From the IMG/VR virus record IMGVR_UViG_3300038679_000357, positions 128,001 to 192,000 of that record: a DNA stretch of 64,000 nucleotides. One strand, written 5' to 3'. Made by a program: the position numbers and the translations under genes. Every line of letters begins with the position of its first letter. Within the stretch, counting starts at the first letter, position 1. The stretch comes from a virus (Duplodnaviria; Caudoviricetes). The notes under the pieces are model-generated. The model saw nothing but the letters and a program-made list of their open reading frames with translations, searched no databases and had not been told where the DNA came from. Positions 20,380 to 28,772 of the stretch are shown in pieces.

Positions 20380-21297
20380 TTAGAGAACGAATTCGACGCG
20401 CCCTTTTCCATGGGTGGTAACACCCTTGAAATTGATCGTCGTAACGATAGGTCCAATCTGGGATTCTGCCGTTCCCCTTGCAAAACGGACTGCTGCATAA
20501 ACCCTGAAATTCGCACCGATATCGAAGCGAATTGGGTATGCGTAATCACCGTCGTATTCATCCCAGAAATTAGCACCTTTGCCAGGATCGCGACTTGACT
20601 GTATGCCACCATCGCCAGCATAGGATGTGATCGATCCTTCTACGTTCTTCATTCCCTCAACCAGATCTCCAAACAGATCCGACTGTCCAAGAACGAATTG
20701 ACGCTGGAGGTTGTTCGATGCAGTAAACTGGAATGCCTGCAACCCATCCATATAGTCAAGTGTTTCGTAGACTGAATTCCAGTCTGCGTCATCATCGCGT
20801 TTAAGAACTGGGCTACCACTATTCTGCAGAATGCGGAACGACGACTTGTCCCATGTGACAAGTTTTTCACCCTTCGTAAATCCAGTCATATCGACTGGGT
20901 CTACGTCAAGCAACTTTGTTCCCATGATGTCAAGTGTATAGTTGACGACTTCACCAGCAGTCACATTGAATGTGAATTGGTTTAATCTGCAACCAGCAAA
21001 CGCTCTAGTAAATCCATCGAAATACTTGACGTTAATTGTAACGCCATCCTCGTAATTAGCTTCGAGGTAGTCGATGAACTCGCCGGTACTCTCAGTAACG
21101 GGTCCGTTGATTGATCCAGCCACTTCGATTTTACCGAACGCCCACGCATTGTGGGTTTCGTCACCCATGACCATGTCAGGGGCTTCGATCTGCTGTTCGG
21201 CGTTCAAGGAGCATGTATTGAACCTGATCTTCAACTTCGTGAGATCAGGACTATCAATCTGTGCGTAGCCCCTGAATCCTGGTTTAATCATAGCCAT
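20380..21297 (-). CDS. Major tail tube protein (305 aa)
   Basis: Beta-rich tube pattern (GKIEVAGSINGP; FAGCRLNQFTFNVTAGEVVNYTLDIMG; FQFTASNNL...EGMKNVEGSITSY). Strong GGAGG Shine-Dalgarno, own terminator, and position upstream of chaperones and tape measure. Confidence 0.8.
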   Translation of the reverse strand: MAMIKPGFRGYAQIDSPDLTKLKIRFNTCSLNAEQQIEAPDMVMGDETHNAWAFGKIEVAGSINGPVTESTGEFIDYLEANYEDGVTINVKYFDGFTRAFAGCRLNQFTFNVTAGEVVNYTLDIMGTKLLDVDPVDMTGFTKGEKLVTWDKSSFRILQNSGSPVLKRDDDADWNSVYETLDYMDGLQAFQFTASNNLQRQFVLGQSDLFGDLVEGMKNVEGSITSYAGDGGIQSSRDPGKGANFWDEYDGDYAYPIRFDIGANFRVYAAVRFARGTAESQIGPIVTTINFKGVTTHGKGRVEFVL

Positions 21298-21321
21298 GTG
21301 AGTAACCTCCTCGTTAATTGA

Positions 21322-21648
21322 TTAGGAGGAGAAGTCCATCGCGGTATTCGGCTGTCCGGGGATACCGTGTACCATCCTCATGACGTAGTCATTTACGGCT
21401 TCGCCCAGACTGTCATAAGAAGTGGTTGAACCATCATACTTTGACGTACCAAGGACGAGGTCGCCTTCGCCAGTTATAACAAACGGATTAATCGTCGTAC
21501 CAGCCTTCGTCCTGGCGCTAACCGTCAACTTCAGATAGGTATCGAGAACTCCGTCGGTTTGATCAGCCAAAACTCCCTGTTCCGCGTCCAACGTGATATT
21601 CTTCTGCCTTCCAGTGGAAGGATCGAAGACCTTAATCGTGCTTGCCAT
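21322..21648 (-). CDS. Small virion protein co-transcribed with the tail tube (108 aa)
   Basis: GGAGG Shine-Dalgarno before MASTIKV; GC-richer codons like the tube and capsid genes. Confidence 0.6.
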   Translation of the reverse strand: MASTIKVFDPSTGRQKNITLDAEQGVLADQTDGVLDTYLKLTVSARTKAGTTINPFVITGEGDLVLGTSKYDGSTTSYDSLGEAVNDYVMRMVHGIPGQPNTAMDFSS

Positions 21649-21710
21649 ATTTTTTTCCTCCATTATCCCATCCTTTCGGATGGCAAATTTCGTTCTTTAT
21701 CAAAATACTA

Positions 21711-23138
21711 CTATGTGAACACAATTCCCTTTTCCATCGAAGCTAATAAAACAATAGCTCGATGAATATAGGTATGCGCTCTTGCGACCTCTTTCGATTG
21801 CCTACCTGCAATTTCCTTTGATAAATCACCCTTAGAGAGTAAATAAACTGCCTCTGCCATAGAATCAGCATCGGAAACGCATGAATTACCGTAAATTTCT
21901 TCCACCTCCCACCTATAATCTGTCAACAAAGCAGAACCACAAGCTGGAGCGTCATAACATCTTGGGTTCATACTTTCGGCACGAAGATTAAATAATCGAT
22001 TATCAGTAGACTCCTCTCCATTCGAATTCCGAAAAAGATTAATACAAATCCTCGATGACGCTTGGGCAAGTAACGTATTATCTGTCGTAAACTCTCCGCG
22101 AACAAAGAACGGCATATCAACAATGTCCGCATCCTTACACGTTCCACCAGCAAACATCTTCAAACCAGCCTGCATACACATGTCGTGAACTGAAATCAAC
22201 ATTTTTTTTCTTTCCGGATAGACCGCACCAATAAAACACACGTCATATTGCTTGCCGCCCATAGACTCAGCCAACTTCATTGCTGATGAACAGCGCTTCA
22301 TGTCAGCAGCCGTCGGAAGATAGTTGACGCCAAATCCCTCAGCTACAGAGATTTCATTTGTCATGATATGGTCATAATACGAATGGATTGAAGTTGATAT
22401 GTCCAAAGCATACGGATCTTCCGTAGAAATAACCACTTTTTTCAAACCACAAGACTCCAGTAGCCACCCAGGTATGGACAAACCATCTGTGACTACAATA
22501 TGAGTGTAGCCATTTCTTTTATCAACGCATTCAGCAAGCAACATTTTCAGCACAACATCTGGAACAAAAAATCTACGCAATAAATCGTACTCAAATTTAC
22601 CATACTTAACCCCGATATCGGAAAACGCCGACACATAGGCGTCAAATACAGCTTTCGTACCCCATCCAAGTAAACCACTAACAAAAAGCGGCTTAAATCC
22701 ATCAATCAAAGAAATAGAAGGGTTCTTGGATGCGATATAATTGAGCCACAACGAACCAGCGTATTTTAATGCTCCAGAAACTGCATGAACTTCAGTGATC
22801 ACAGATGGAGATGGGTGAGAAGCGTGGAGTGTTTTTACGTCTGGAGAAAAGAATTTTCTCTGTTTACCAGCAATCACGGCAAGACGTACCATAGCTGCTC
22901 CAAAATCACTTGGAATAGACTCAGGGACGAAAGATGTCGGAATACACATCCAACCGTCTGGGATCGGCAACCCCATTCCATACGGTAAAGACCTAACATT
23001 TCCATGAGGAACACACCCCTCATAACCAATACAAAATGCAGACTTACATCTGAATGGCTCTACGCCATCCCAACTCATATCTGGAGACAAAGATGGAGAA
23101 GCAAAGATGGAATATTCTCCAAGCTCAATTCTATGCAT
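21711..23138 (-). CDS. Glycosyltransferase, CgeB / Glyco_trans_1_2-like (GT-B)
   Basis: STEDPY, YDVCFIGAVYPERKKML, ICINL, MNPRCYDAPACGSALLTD motifs. Confidence 0.75.
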   Translation of the reverse strand: MHRIELGEYSIFASPSLSPDMSWDGVEPFRCKSAFCIGYEGCVPHGNVRSLPYGMGLPIPDGWMCIPTSFVPESIPSDFGAAMVRLAVIAGKQRKFFSPDVKTLHASHPSPSVITEVHAVSGALKYAGSLWLNYIASKNPSISLIDGFKPLFVSGLLGWGTKAVFDAYVSAFSDIGVKYGKFEYDLLRRFFVPDVVLKMLLAECVDKRNGYTHIVVTDGLSIPGWLLESCGLKKVVISTEDPYALDISTSIHSYYDHIMTNEISVAEGFGVNYLPTAADMKRCSSAMKLAESMGGKQYDVCFIGAVYPERKKMLISVHDMCMQAGLKMFAGGTCKDADIVDMPFFVRGEFTTDNTLLAQASSRICINLFRNSNGEESTDNRLFNLRAESMNPRCYDAPACGSALLTDYRWEVEEIYGNSCVSDADSMAEAVYLLSKGDLSKEIAGRQSKEVARAHTYIHRAIVLLASMEKGIVFT

Positions 23139-24171
23139 GAAGCATCTCCAATAACGTTTGATATACTATAGGGGCTGTAATCTTTTGCATACATCCATTT
23201 TTATCTTGCGACAAACAAAAAGATGAGCTTACAGCCGGACCTTCGCACGCCTGACATTTTCCAATTCGTATAATCTTAGAAAACCTTCCACCATGATCCC
23301 ATCGACGAGAAACCGCCCCCTTCAGTAAGATATATTTCGGATGATCTATAAAAATTGCCGCATGAGCTGGCCACGAGTCAGTACCAATGTAAACGTCAGC
23401 TCGACTCAATAGGTATAAATAATCCTGAAACATAGCATCGCGACCAATTACGTCATAATGCGGAATGATGCCATCACAAAAAACTTTTTGCCCACCAGAC
23501 ACAAATTGAATTACTGGCAATCCCAACCCTTCAACCATCGAATATAATTCTCTCCATCTATCAACAGCCCATGCCTTCAATGGATAGGCGCTTTGACCAT
23601 TAATTGGAGACCTACTGTCATGAAAAATAATAAATCTCTCTGGAAGAGATATAGATAAATTTCTTTGCCTGGTGTATTCGTATATCGGAATCGACACTCC
23701 ATCATAGCTGCAATTCAATCCAAACCTATGCCAATCAGAAAAATAATCATCCTCTGAATTGAAAAGTCCAATTAAACTTGATGGAGAAATATCGTAAACT
23801 GAGTTGATTTTCACTCCCATTTTCTCAGAAAGAGCCAAAACGTATTTTTTCCCATATTCTCGGCACAATTCAACTGACGAGTCTTTAACCGGGAAGAAAA
23901 AGTTCAACTCGCCATCCACACTCTTTCTGAATTTATTGAATACGATAAAATCAATTTTAGGATGCAATCGAGATATATAGTCACGATCTCTAAACTTAGA
24001 GATATCTGACCTGACAATGTCAGATACGAACTCCATTCCTTGATATACTTGCGGAACCAAATGATCACAGTAAAAAACAGTCACCTCACCATACATGTCA
24101 TGTAGGTTTCGCACAACAGAAGTTCCAAGTATTGCATCGCCGATCCCGCCGGTTTGAAAGAAACCGATCAT
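23131..24171 (-). CDS. Glycosyltransferase family 9 (heptosyltransferase-like)
   Basis: GGIGDAILGTSVVRNL, YPLKAWAVDRWREL and ADVYIGTDSWPAHAA match GT9 signature segments. Confidence 0.8.
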   Translation of the reverse strand: MIGFFQTGGIGDAILGTSVVRNLHDMYGEVTVFYCDHLVPQVYQGMEFVSDIVRSDISKFRDRDYISRLHPKIDFIVFNKFRKSVDGELNFFFPVKDSSVELCREYGKKYVLALSEKMGVKINSVYDISPSSLIGLFNSEDDYFSDWHRFGLNCSYDGVSIPIYEYTRQRNLSISLPERFIIFHDSRSPINGQSAYPLKAWAVDRWRELYSMVEGLGLPVIQFVSGGQKVFCDGIIPHYDVIGRDAMFQDYLYLLSRADVYIGTDSWPAHAAIFIDHPKYILLKGAVSRRWDHGGRFSKIIRIGKCQACEGPAVSSSFCLSQDKNGCMQKITAPIVYQTLLEMLHA

Positions 24172-24174
24172 AAC

Positions 24175-25041
24175 TCACCATTCGTCTTCCGACTTCGCAA
24201 TAAATAACCCATATCCGACATCAGGTTTTGCTTGAAGAAAATCAGAATAATTATCATCCGTAAACAACCCGGATATATCTCCATTGTACAAGCCCCATTG
24301 CGGATGTGCATCAGCATGCTCATCAACGAGAATTTGACCAGCGGCGTTTGCCCCATGCTTAAAGTCAAGAACTGGAAGACCATGAACGACTTCGTAGCTG
24401 TCAACTATATCTCCTGAACCTGCTTCTCCATTATCAAACTCTCTTGGAACTGGCTCTAAAATTCCGGTTGACTTGAACCTTATTTTTGTGTTGAAATGGG
24501 AATGCAGAGCACTGATCTTCGCGGCGTACCTGCTCAGATGCCAAAAATGGATCTTTGGCTTGAAAAACCCATCTCTGTCTGCAAATACATGATCATAATA
24601 AACGGAATAATCCACGCCATTCCTGATTGGTGCTGACATTGCCTCAACATACCCAGGAGGGTACATAACATCATGTTCCCATAAAATAACTGGTTTGTTT
24701 CGGTCTACTTGAGATATTTCAAGGGCGTGAACAATCTGAGACAAAATAGTTTCTGGTGAATATACCAACATACCAGTGACAACATTAATAGCGCTCCTCG
24801 GAAGTGAAACTTTCAAGTCAAACTTACCCATGAACGACGCCAAATGTTTATTGGGCTCGTCATTAACCAGACCGTCAAAATCAACGGAACAATTGGTCGT
24901 CCTGTCGGAGACAGGCATATGAGAAGATATCACCAAGCCATATCCATATGACGAAGCTGCATTAATCGCGGACGTCAGCGTTTTATGGAGAAGGGGTTTC
25001 GGAAGCAGGCAATTCGTATAGAAGACGATCAATCCATCCAT
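24175..25041 (-). CDS. Putative GT-A fold glycosyltransferase
   Basis: IVFYT N-terminus, VILWEHDVMYPPGY (DxD-like) and DFKHGANA; lies in the glycosyltransferase cluster. Confidence 0.5.
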   Translation of the reverse strand: MDGLIVFYTNCLLPKPLLHKTLTSAINAASSYGYGLVISSHMPVSDRTTNCSVDFDGLVNDEPNKHLASFMGKFDLKVSLPRSAINVVTGMLVYSPETILSQIVHALEISQVDRNKPVILWEHDVMYPPGYVEAMSAPIRNGVDYSVYYDHVFADRDGFFKPKIHFWHLSRYAAKISALHSHFNTKIRFKSTGILEPVPREFDNGEAGSGDIVDSYEVVHGLPVLDFKHGANAAGQILVDEHADAHPQWGLYNGDISGLFTDDNYSDFLQAKPDVGYGLFIAKSEDEW

Positions 25042-25050
25042 CTTTTAATC

Positions 25051-25974
25051 CTAAGATTTGCTTACTTGTGGGAATCCATGTTCATCGATATTCTTGCCGA
25101 ACCACGTCAATTTGGCAGCCTTAAAAAGTGTGTTGTTCTTAGAAACAGTACCCCATTCAACATCCGTAGTTCTACTGTCGTACATATAGGCAACACGACG
25201 AAGAAATTTTGCCTTGTCGGCAACTCTATACGAATTATACCTAATGCGATTCAACCTAAGCTCAGTCGGACCCATGACCTCAACGATACTGAAGTCTATC
25301 TCAGCACTATTATTGTCCTGGACCTCATATCTTGCCTGACCATCAGCCTGCCAAGCTGTTGTATCTGGAATAAAAACACGGTCTCCAAGTGGAGATAAAT
25401 CGGAAATCAATGGAGTTGTGTCATTAACAACATCAAGGTGAATATTCTCATTCAACAAGCGATAAATACAATCACCATACTTCATCACTACTCGTAACGC
25501 ATTCTCATGAGCGTCAGATTTTACATAGCACATGATAGATATGCTATGATTCTCGCTCAGCCCACCTTGAACGTAAAGCCATTCGTTATTCAATGAAACT
25601 GGCTCAACAGTTACGACTACTCCAGTATTAGGAATAACCTCTCTATCACCAAAAAGAACCCCGTTTTCAAACAAAGGGATATTACCAATCGCCTTCTGTA
25701 TGACAGCGGCGTCAGAAACTCTGAAATCTCGCCCAACCGGATTAAGCAAAACGATATGATTTGTGTCTGTTTTCGTCAATACGGTGTGATATTCCATTGC
25801 TCCGCCGCTATTATCCATCAGAAGAATCTCATTTGCGCCATCAAAGCGGAGAGTATCGTCGACCATAATGTCTTGACTGCCAGCCATAACGTCTGCTATA
25901 AAGGGGGTTCTCGCAACGACATTTTTCTGGATCAATCTTATGATGCCGTCAACTACTTGTTCTGCTGCTATCAT
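25051..25974 (-). CDS. Probable tail terminator / neck completion protein with inserted beta domains
   Basis: ENHSISIMCYVKS...ENALRVVMKYGDCIYRLL helix-strand pattern; position between adaptor and tail genes. Confidence 0.45.
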   Translation of the reverse strand: MIAAEQVVDGIIRLIQKNVVARTPFIADVMAGSQDIMVDDTLRFDGANEILLMDNSGGAMEYHTVLTKTDTNHIVLLNPVGRDFRVSDAAVIQKAIGNIPLFENGVLFGDREVIPNTGVVVTVEPVSLNNEWLYVQGGLSENHSISIMCYVKSDAHENALRVVMKYGDCIYRLLNENIHLDVVNDTTPLISDLSPLGDRVFIPDTTAWQADGQARYEVQDNNSAEIDFSIVEVMGPTELRLNRIRYNSYRVADKAKFLRRVAYMYDSRTTDVEWGTVSKNNTLFKAAKLTWFGKNIDEHGFPQVSKS

Positions 25975-26186
25975 TTAAAGTCACCTATCATCGACATAAC
26001 TCTTCCAAATTCGGTTGAAAGGTCATGTTCTATTGCTTCTTCATCGCTATTGTACACCATAGGATGCATAATTCTCGTCTTGATGAATTTATTTTTAGGC
26101 GCAAGATAATCCGCCTTTACTTCATGCATCGCGGCAACAAAACCGCTCACAAGATCATTCATTGCGTCAATGAGCGGATCTATCAT
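25971..26186 (-). CDS. Small hypothetical protein (71 aa)
   Basis: Fills the gap with an ATGA overlap to the next gene. Confidence 0.5.
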   Translation of the reverse strand: MIDPLIDAMNDLVSGFVAAMHEVKADYLAPKNKFIKTRIMHPMVYNSDEEAIEHDLSTEFGRVMSMIGDFK

Positions 26187-26191
26187 CCTGA

Positions 26192-26914
26192 TTATTCCTT
26201 TTCCTGTCCTTTAGAGTATTCTACAGGAACTTTAACGCCGTCATACAACTGCTGGCGAACAAACCGTTTCCCGACATACTGCTGCCCCTTTAGGCGAGTC
26301 ACTCCTATTAGAATATTATCGAGACTTTCTCTTGCACTGTTTCTCATAGTCTTGCCAAAATTACTCACATCAGGAGAACCATCGGAAGAGAAAAGTTTAT
26401 CGTACATGAATGAAGCGGCGAATCTTGCCGTCATTGGAGTAACTGGATCTGGATAAACAAGCATTTCAATGACACCATCACTTCCAGCGTCATATGCATT
26501 CATGGTTGGGCTGGCAAGGGTTAAATGCCTTGTGTTACACTTCATGCCACTACCTTCATCAAAAGAAGTAGGGATATTAGCAATCCGACCAATTTCACTG
26601 CCATTTGTATCTGATAATCTAACGCATTCCCCGACCCTAAATTTCGTAATGTCATCAACCATAACGTCCGTTGACGATGGAAGCATGTTATGGACTATCG
26701 GAGATCTAGCTACAGTAACTCTTTTAAGTGGAGTTAAATACACCGAAGAAAGAGCCGCGTCCACGTGCTGGATGGCAAAAAGCAAATAACGTTCAGCTAC
26801 CTGTACGGAAATAGTGCTCCTGGTCGGTGCCGTTACGCTAGGACCAATAATATTTCCAATCGTTATGTTCTCTGGCAAAATTGCTCTAATATCATCCAAG
26901 CACGCATACGACAT
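26192..26914 (-). CDS. Head-tail adaptor-like protein (Mu gp36 / DUF1320-like)
   Basis: MSYACLDDI...YLLFAIQHVDAALSSVYLTPL...PDPVTPMTARFAASFMYD matches the gp36-like pattern. Confidence 0.6.
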   Translation of the reverse strand: MSYACLDDIRAILPENITIGNIIGPSVTAPTRSTISVQVAERYLLFAIQHVDAALSSVYLTPLKRVTVARSPIVHNMLPSSTDVMVDDITKFRVGECVRLSDTNGSEIGRIANIPTSFDEGSGMKCNTRHLTLASPTMNAYDAGSDGVIEMLVYPDPVTPMTARFAASFMYDKLFSSDGSPDVSNFGKTMRNSARESLDNILIGVTRLKGQQYVGKRFVRQQLYDGVKVPVEYSKGQEKE

Positions 26915-26922
26915 AAAACCCC

Positions 26923-27984
26923 CTATTTGGACTTTTCGTAGTCACTCCTCGCTCTCAAGCACATGCCCTGAGATACAGCATAAAAAGGATTGACTGACAT
27001 CCTCACATCAAGAACCTCAAACGGAAGCTCTTCTTTTGCTAATATAGACTTGAATCTACCAGCAACTCCTGGGATCATAGACGTACCACCAGCAAGAACT
27101 ATCTCGCACGGTCCATCAAACTCACGCTGAGACTTCTTCAACTCACGGCGAATATTAGTAATCGCCCTTGAAATCGTCTCATCATAATAGATGGAAAGGG
27201 CAGCGGCAAGCCTATCTGAAAAATCAATTTTAGCTAAATCCAGCTTCGTTTCCTTGTACTTCGTTACCTTCGACACTGGCGTACCAGTAACCGTTGCCGC
27301 CTGCTGATCAATATAATCTCCAGACTTCGTCACAGAAAATTCGCAAACGCTCAATCCCTTATACGCGCCAGCTACATTGAACATACCGCCACCCATTGAG
27401 ATACCAAAACCAGTAAGAGGGACATCACCATCTTCTGTGCGCATCAACGGATTTGAATCATAAACAACTCCAAGACCTTCGTTCAATGGAATGGCATTGA
27501 AACCGAGAGACGAAAGGAAGTTTTGAATGATCATTTGATGGAAAATGTTGTTTTTCGACGGCTCATCTACAGGATTGGCTGGAACAGAAAACCTTATCGG
27601 TTCTCCATCGAACTGCGGCACGCCAACCAAAGCCTTGATAATGTGGAACAAAAGCTCTTGACTCTGCTTGATCTCCGGGTTAAGCAGTCCATCACGCATA
27701 GGACGCATCACTTCTCCCTTTCCAAGAGCATTTACAAGTGAAAGGGCGTCTTTTCCAATGACGAAATATTTGTCATCACACTTGGCGTACAGATAGTTTC
27801 CTCTAGTGAGTAAATCAGTCGATTCATCACCGGCTGGAATTTCATATAGCATATTGCGACACGTCGTATTAACAAAATCGCCATCCTTTGTCTGCCTGCT
27901 GACGACCAAGTTAGCAGTGCCAACGTCAAGACCAACTCCTGGAAGGTATTGATGCTTTTCTTTTTCGGCTTTTGCCATCTTCAT
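26923..27984 (-). CDS. Actin-like ATPase (MreB/MamK/ParM superfamily)
   Basis: Phosphate-1 GLDVGTANLV, RPMRDGLL, connect-1 PLNEGLGVV, phosphate-2 ISMGGGMFNV, KSGDYID, adenosine motif IVLAGGTSMIPG. Confidence 0.85.
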   Translation of the reverse strand: MKMAKAEKEKHQYLPGVGLDVGTANLVVSRQTKDGDFVNTTCRNMLYEIPAGDESTDLLTRGNYLYAKCDDKYFVIGKDALSLVNALGKGEVMRPMRDGLLNPEIKQSQELLFHIIKALVGVPQFDGEPIRFSVPANPVDEPSKNNIFHQMIIQNFLSSLGFNAIPLNEGLGVVYDSNPLMRTEDGDVPLTGFGISMGGGMFNVAGAYKGLSVCEFSVTKSGDYIDQQAATVTGTPVSKVTKYKETKLDLAKIDFSDRLAAALSIYYDETISRAITNIRRELKKSQREFDGPCEIVLAGGTSMIPGVAGRFKSILAKEELPFEVLDVRMSVNPFYAVSQGMCLRARSDYEKSK

Positions 27985-28301
27985 TCTCCTATGGTACTCA
28001 ACATGTCAATCATCTTTTTCGTGCCACCTGACTTCACTACCTTTTCGGAGCTAGATAAATCTCCAGAAATTTCCGCATCCTTGGCGGCGGTAGATTGTCC
28101 AAATGCCTTTGCGACTACAGCTAAGGAATCTATATCTTTTTCCTCGACATGACCACCTCCAAAAACGGAGGGAATCATTTCTGAGGAGCGATTAACGACG
28201 GACGATCGGAAAGCCTCCAAAAGAAGCCTTCTAAACATATCCGACGAATACAATTCCTCTATCGCGTATTGTACAACCTTCTTAACCAACCACTTTAACA
28301 T
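27981..28301 (-). CDS. Hypothetical protein (106 aa), translationally coupled to the actin gene
   Basis: ATGA overlap with 26923..27984. Confidence 0.55.
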   Translation of the reverse strand: MLKWLVKKVVQYAIEELYSSDMFRRLLLEAFRSSVVNRSSEMIPSVFGGGHVEEKDIDSLAVVAKAFGQSTAAKDAEISGDLSSSEKVVKSGGTKKMIDMLSTIGE

Positions 28302-28558
28302 TTTCTTCTCTCGATGAATTGTTCTTCGAAAACACGACTCATATCAAGATCTTTGAGTGGGTCATTTGACAGTATCCTGGAAATATTGATCATGGCTATT
28401 TTTGTCATGGCTATCCGAATATAGAAAAGATCTCGCTCAGTGAAGCCGGAAACGTCAAAACCACTCGGGTGATCCATGATAAGTCTTTCTATTCTTTCAT
28501 AGACAGAATCCGAGCTGAATTTTGCCCCCACCCTTTTACCGTCCACAAAAAGGGACAA
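28295..28558 (-). CDS. Hypothetical protein (87 aa)
   Basis: Packed ORF within the operon. Confidence 0.5.
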   Translation of the reverse strand: MSLFVDGKRVGAKFSSDSVYERIERLIMDHPSGFDVSGFTERDLFYIRIAMTKIAMINISRILSNDPLKDLDMSRVFEEQFIERRKC

Positions 28559-28559
28559 A

Positions 28560-28772
28560 TCAACCTCTCATTATTCCAATTTGAGGAAGAGCAGATCTTT
28601 TGGCTGCTTCCTTATCGACTTTATCATTTCGAACTTGCATGACATTATGATGCTTACACTTTGGACAAACATACAAGATTCTCGACTCAAGAAAATCTAT
28701 TTCACACGCCACGGTGTCTTCTGACGCCATGCTAGGGAATCCGCATTTACCGCATTTCAAAGAAAGAATCAT
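28560..28772 (-). CDS. Small zinc-ribbon protein (70 aa)
   Basis: CGKC...CPKC pairs. Confidence 0.65.
   Translation of the reverse strand: MILSLKCGKCGFPSMASEDTVACEIDFLESRILYVCPKCKHHNVMQVRNDKVDKEAAKRSALPQIGIMRG

Noticed and set aside
20265-20621. N-terminal 119-aa extension of the 597-aa ORF
   Set aside because: It overlaps the tail tube gene and crosses a terminator and promoter; the ATG at 20264 has a proper Shine-Dalgarno.
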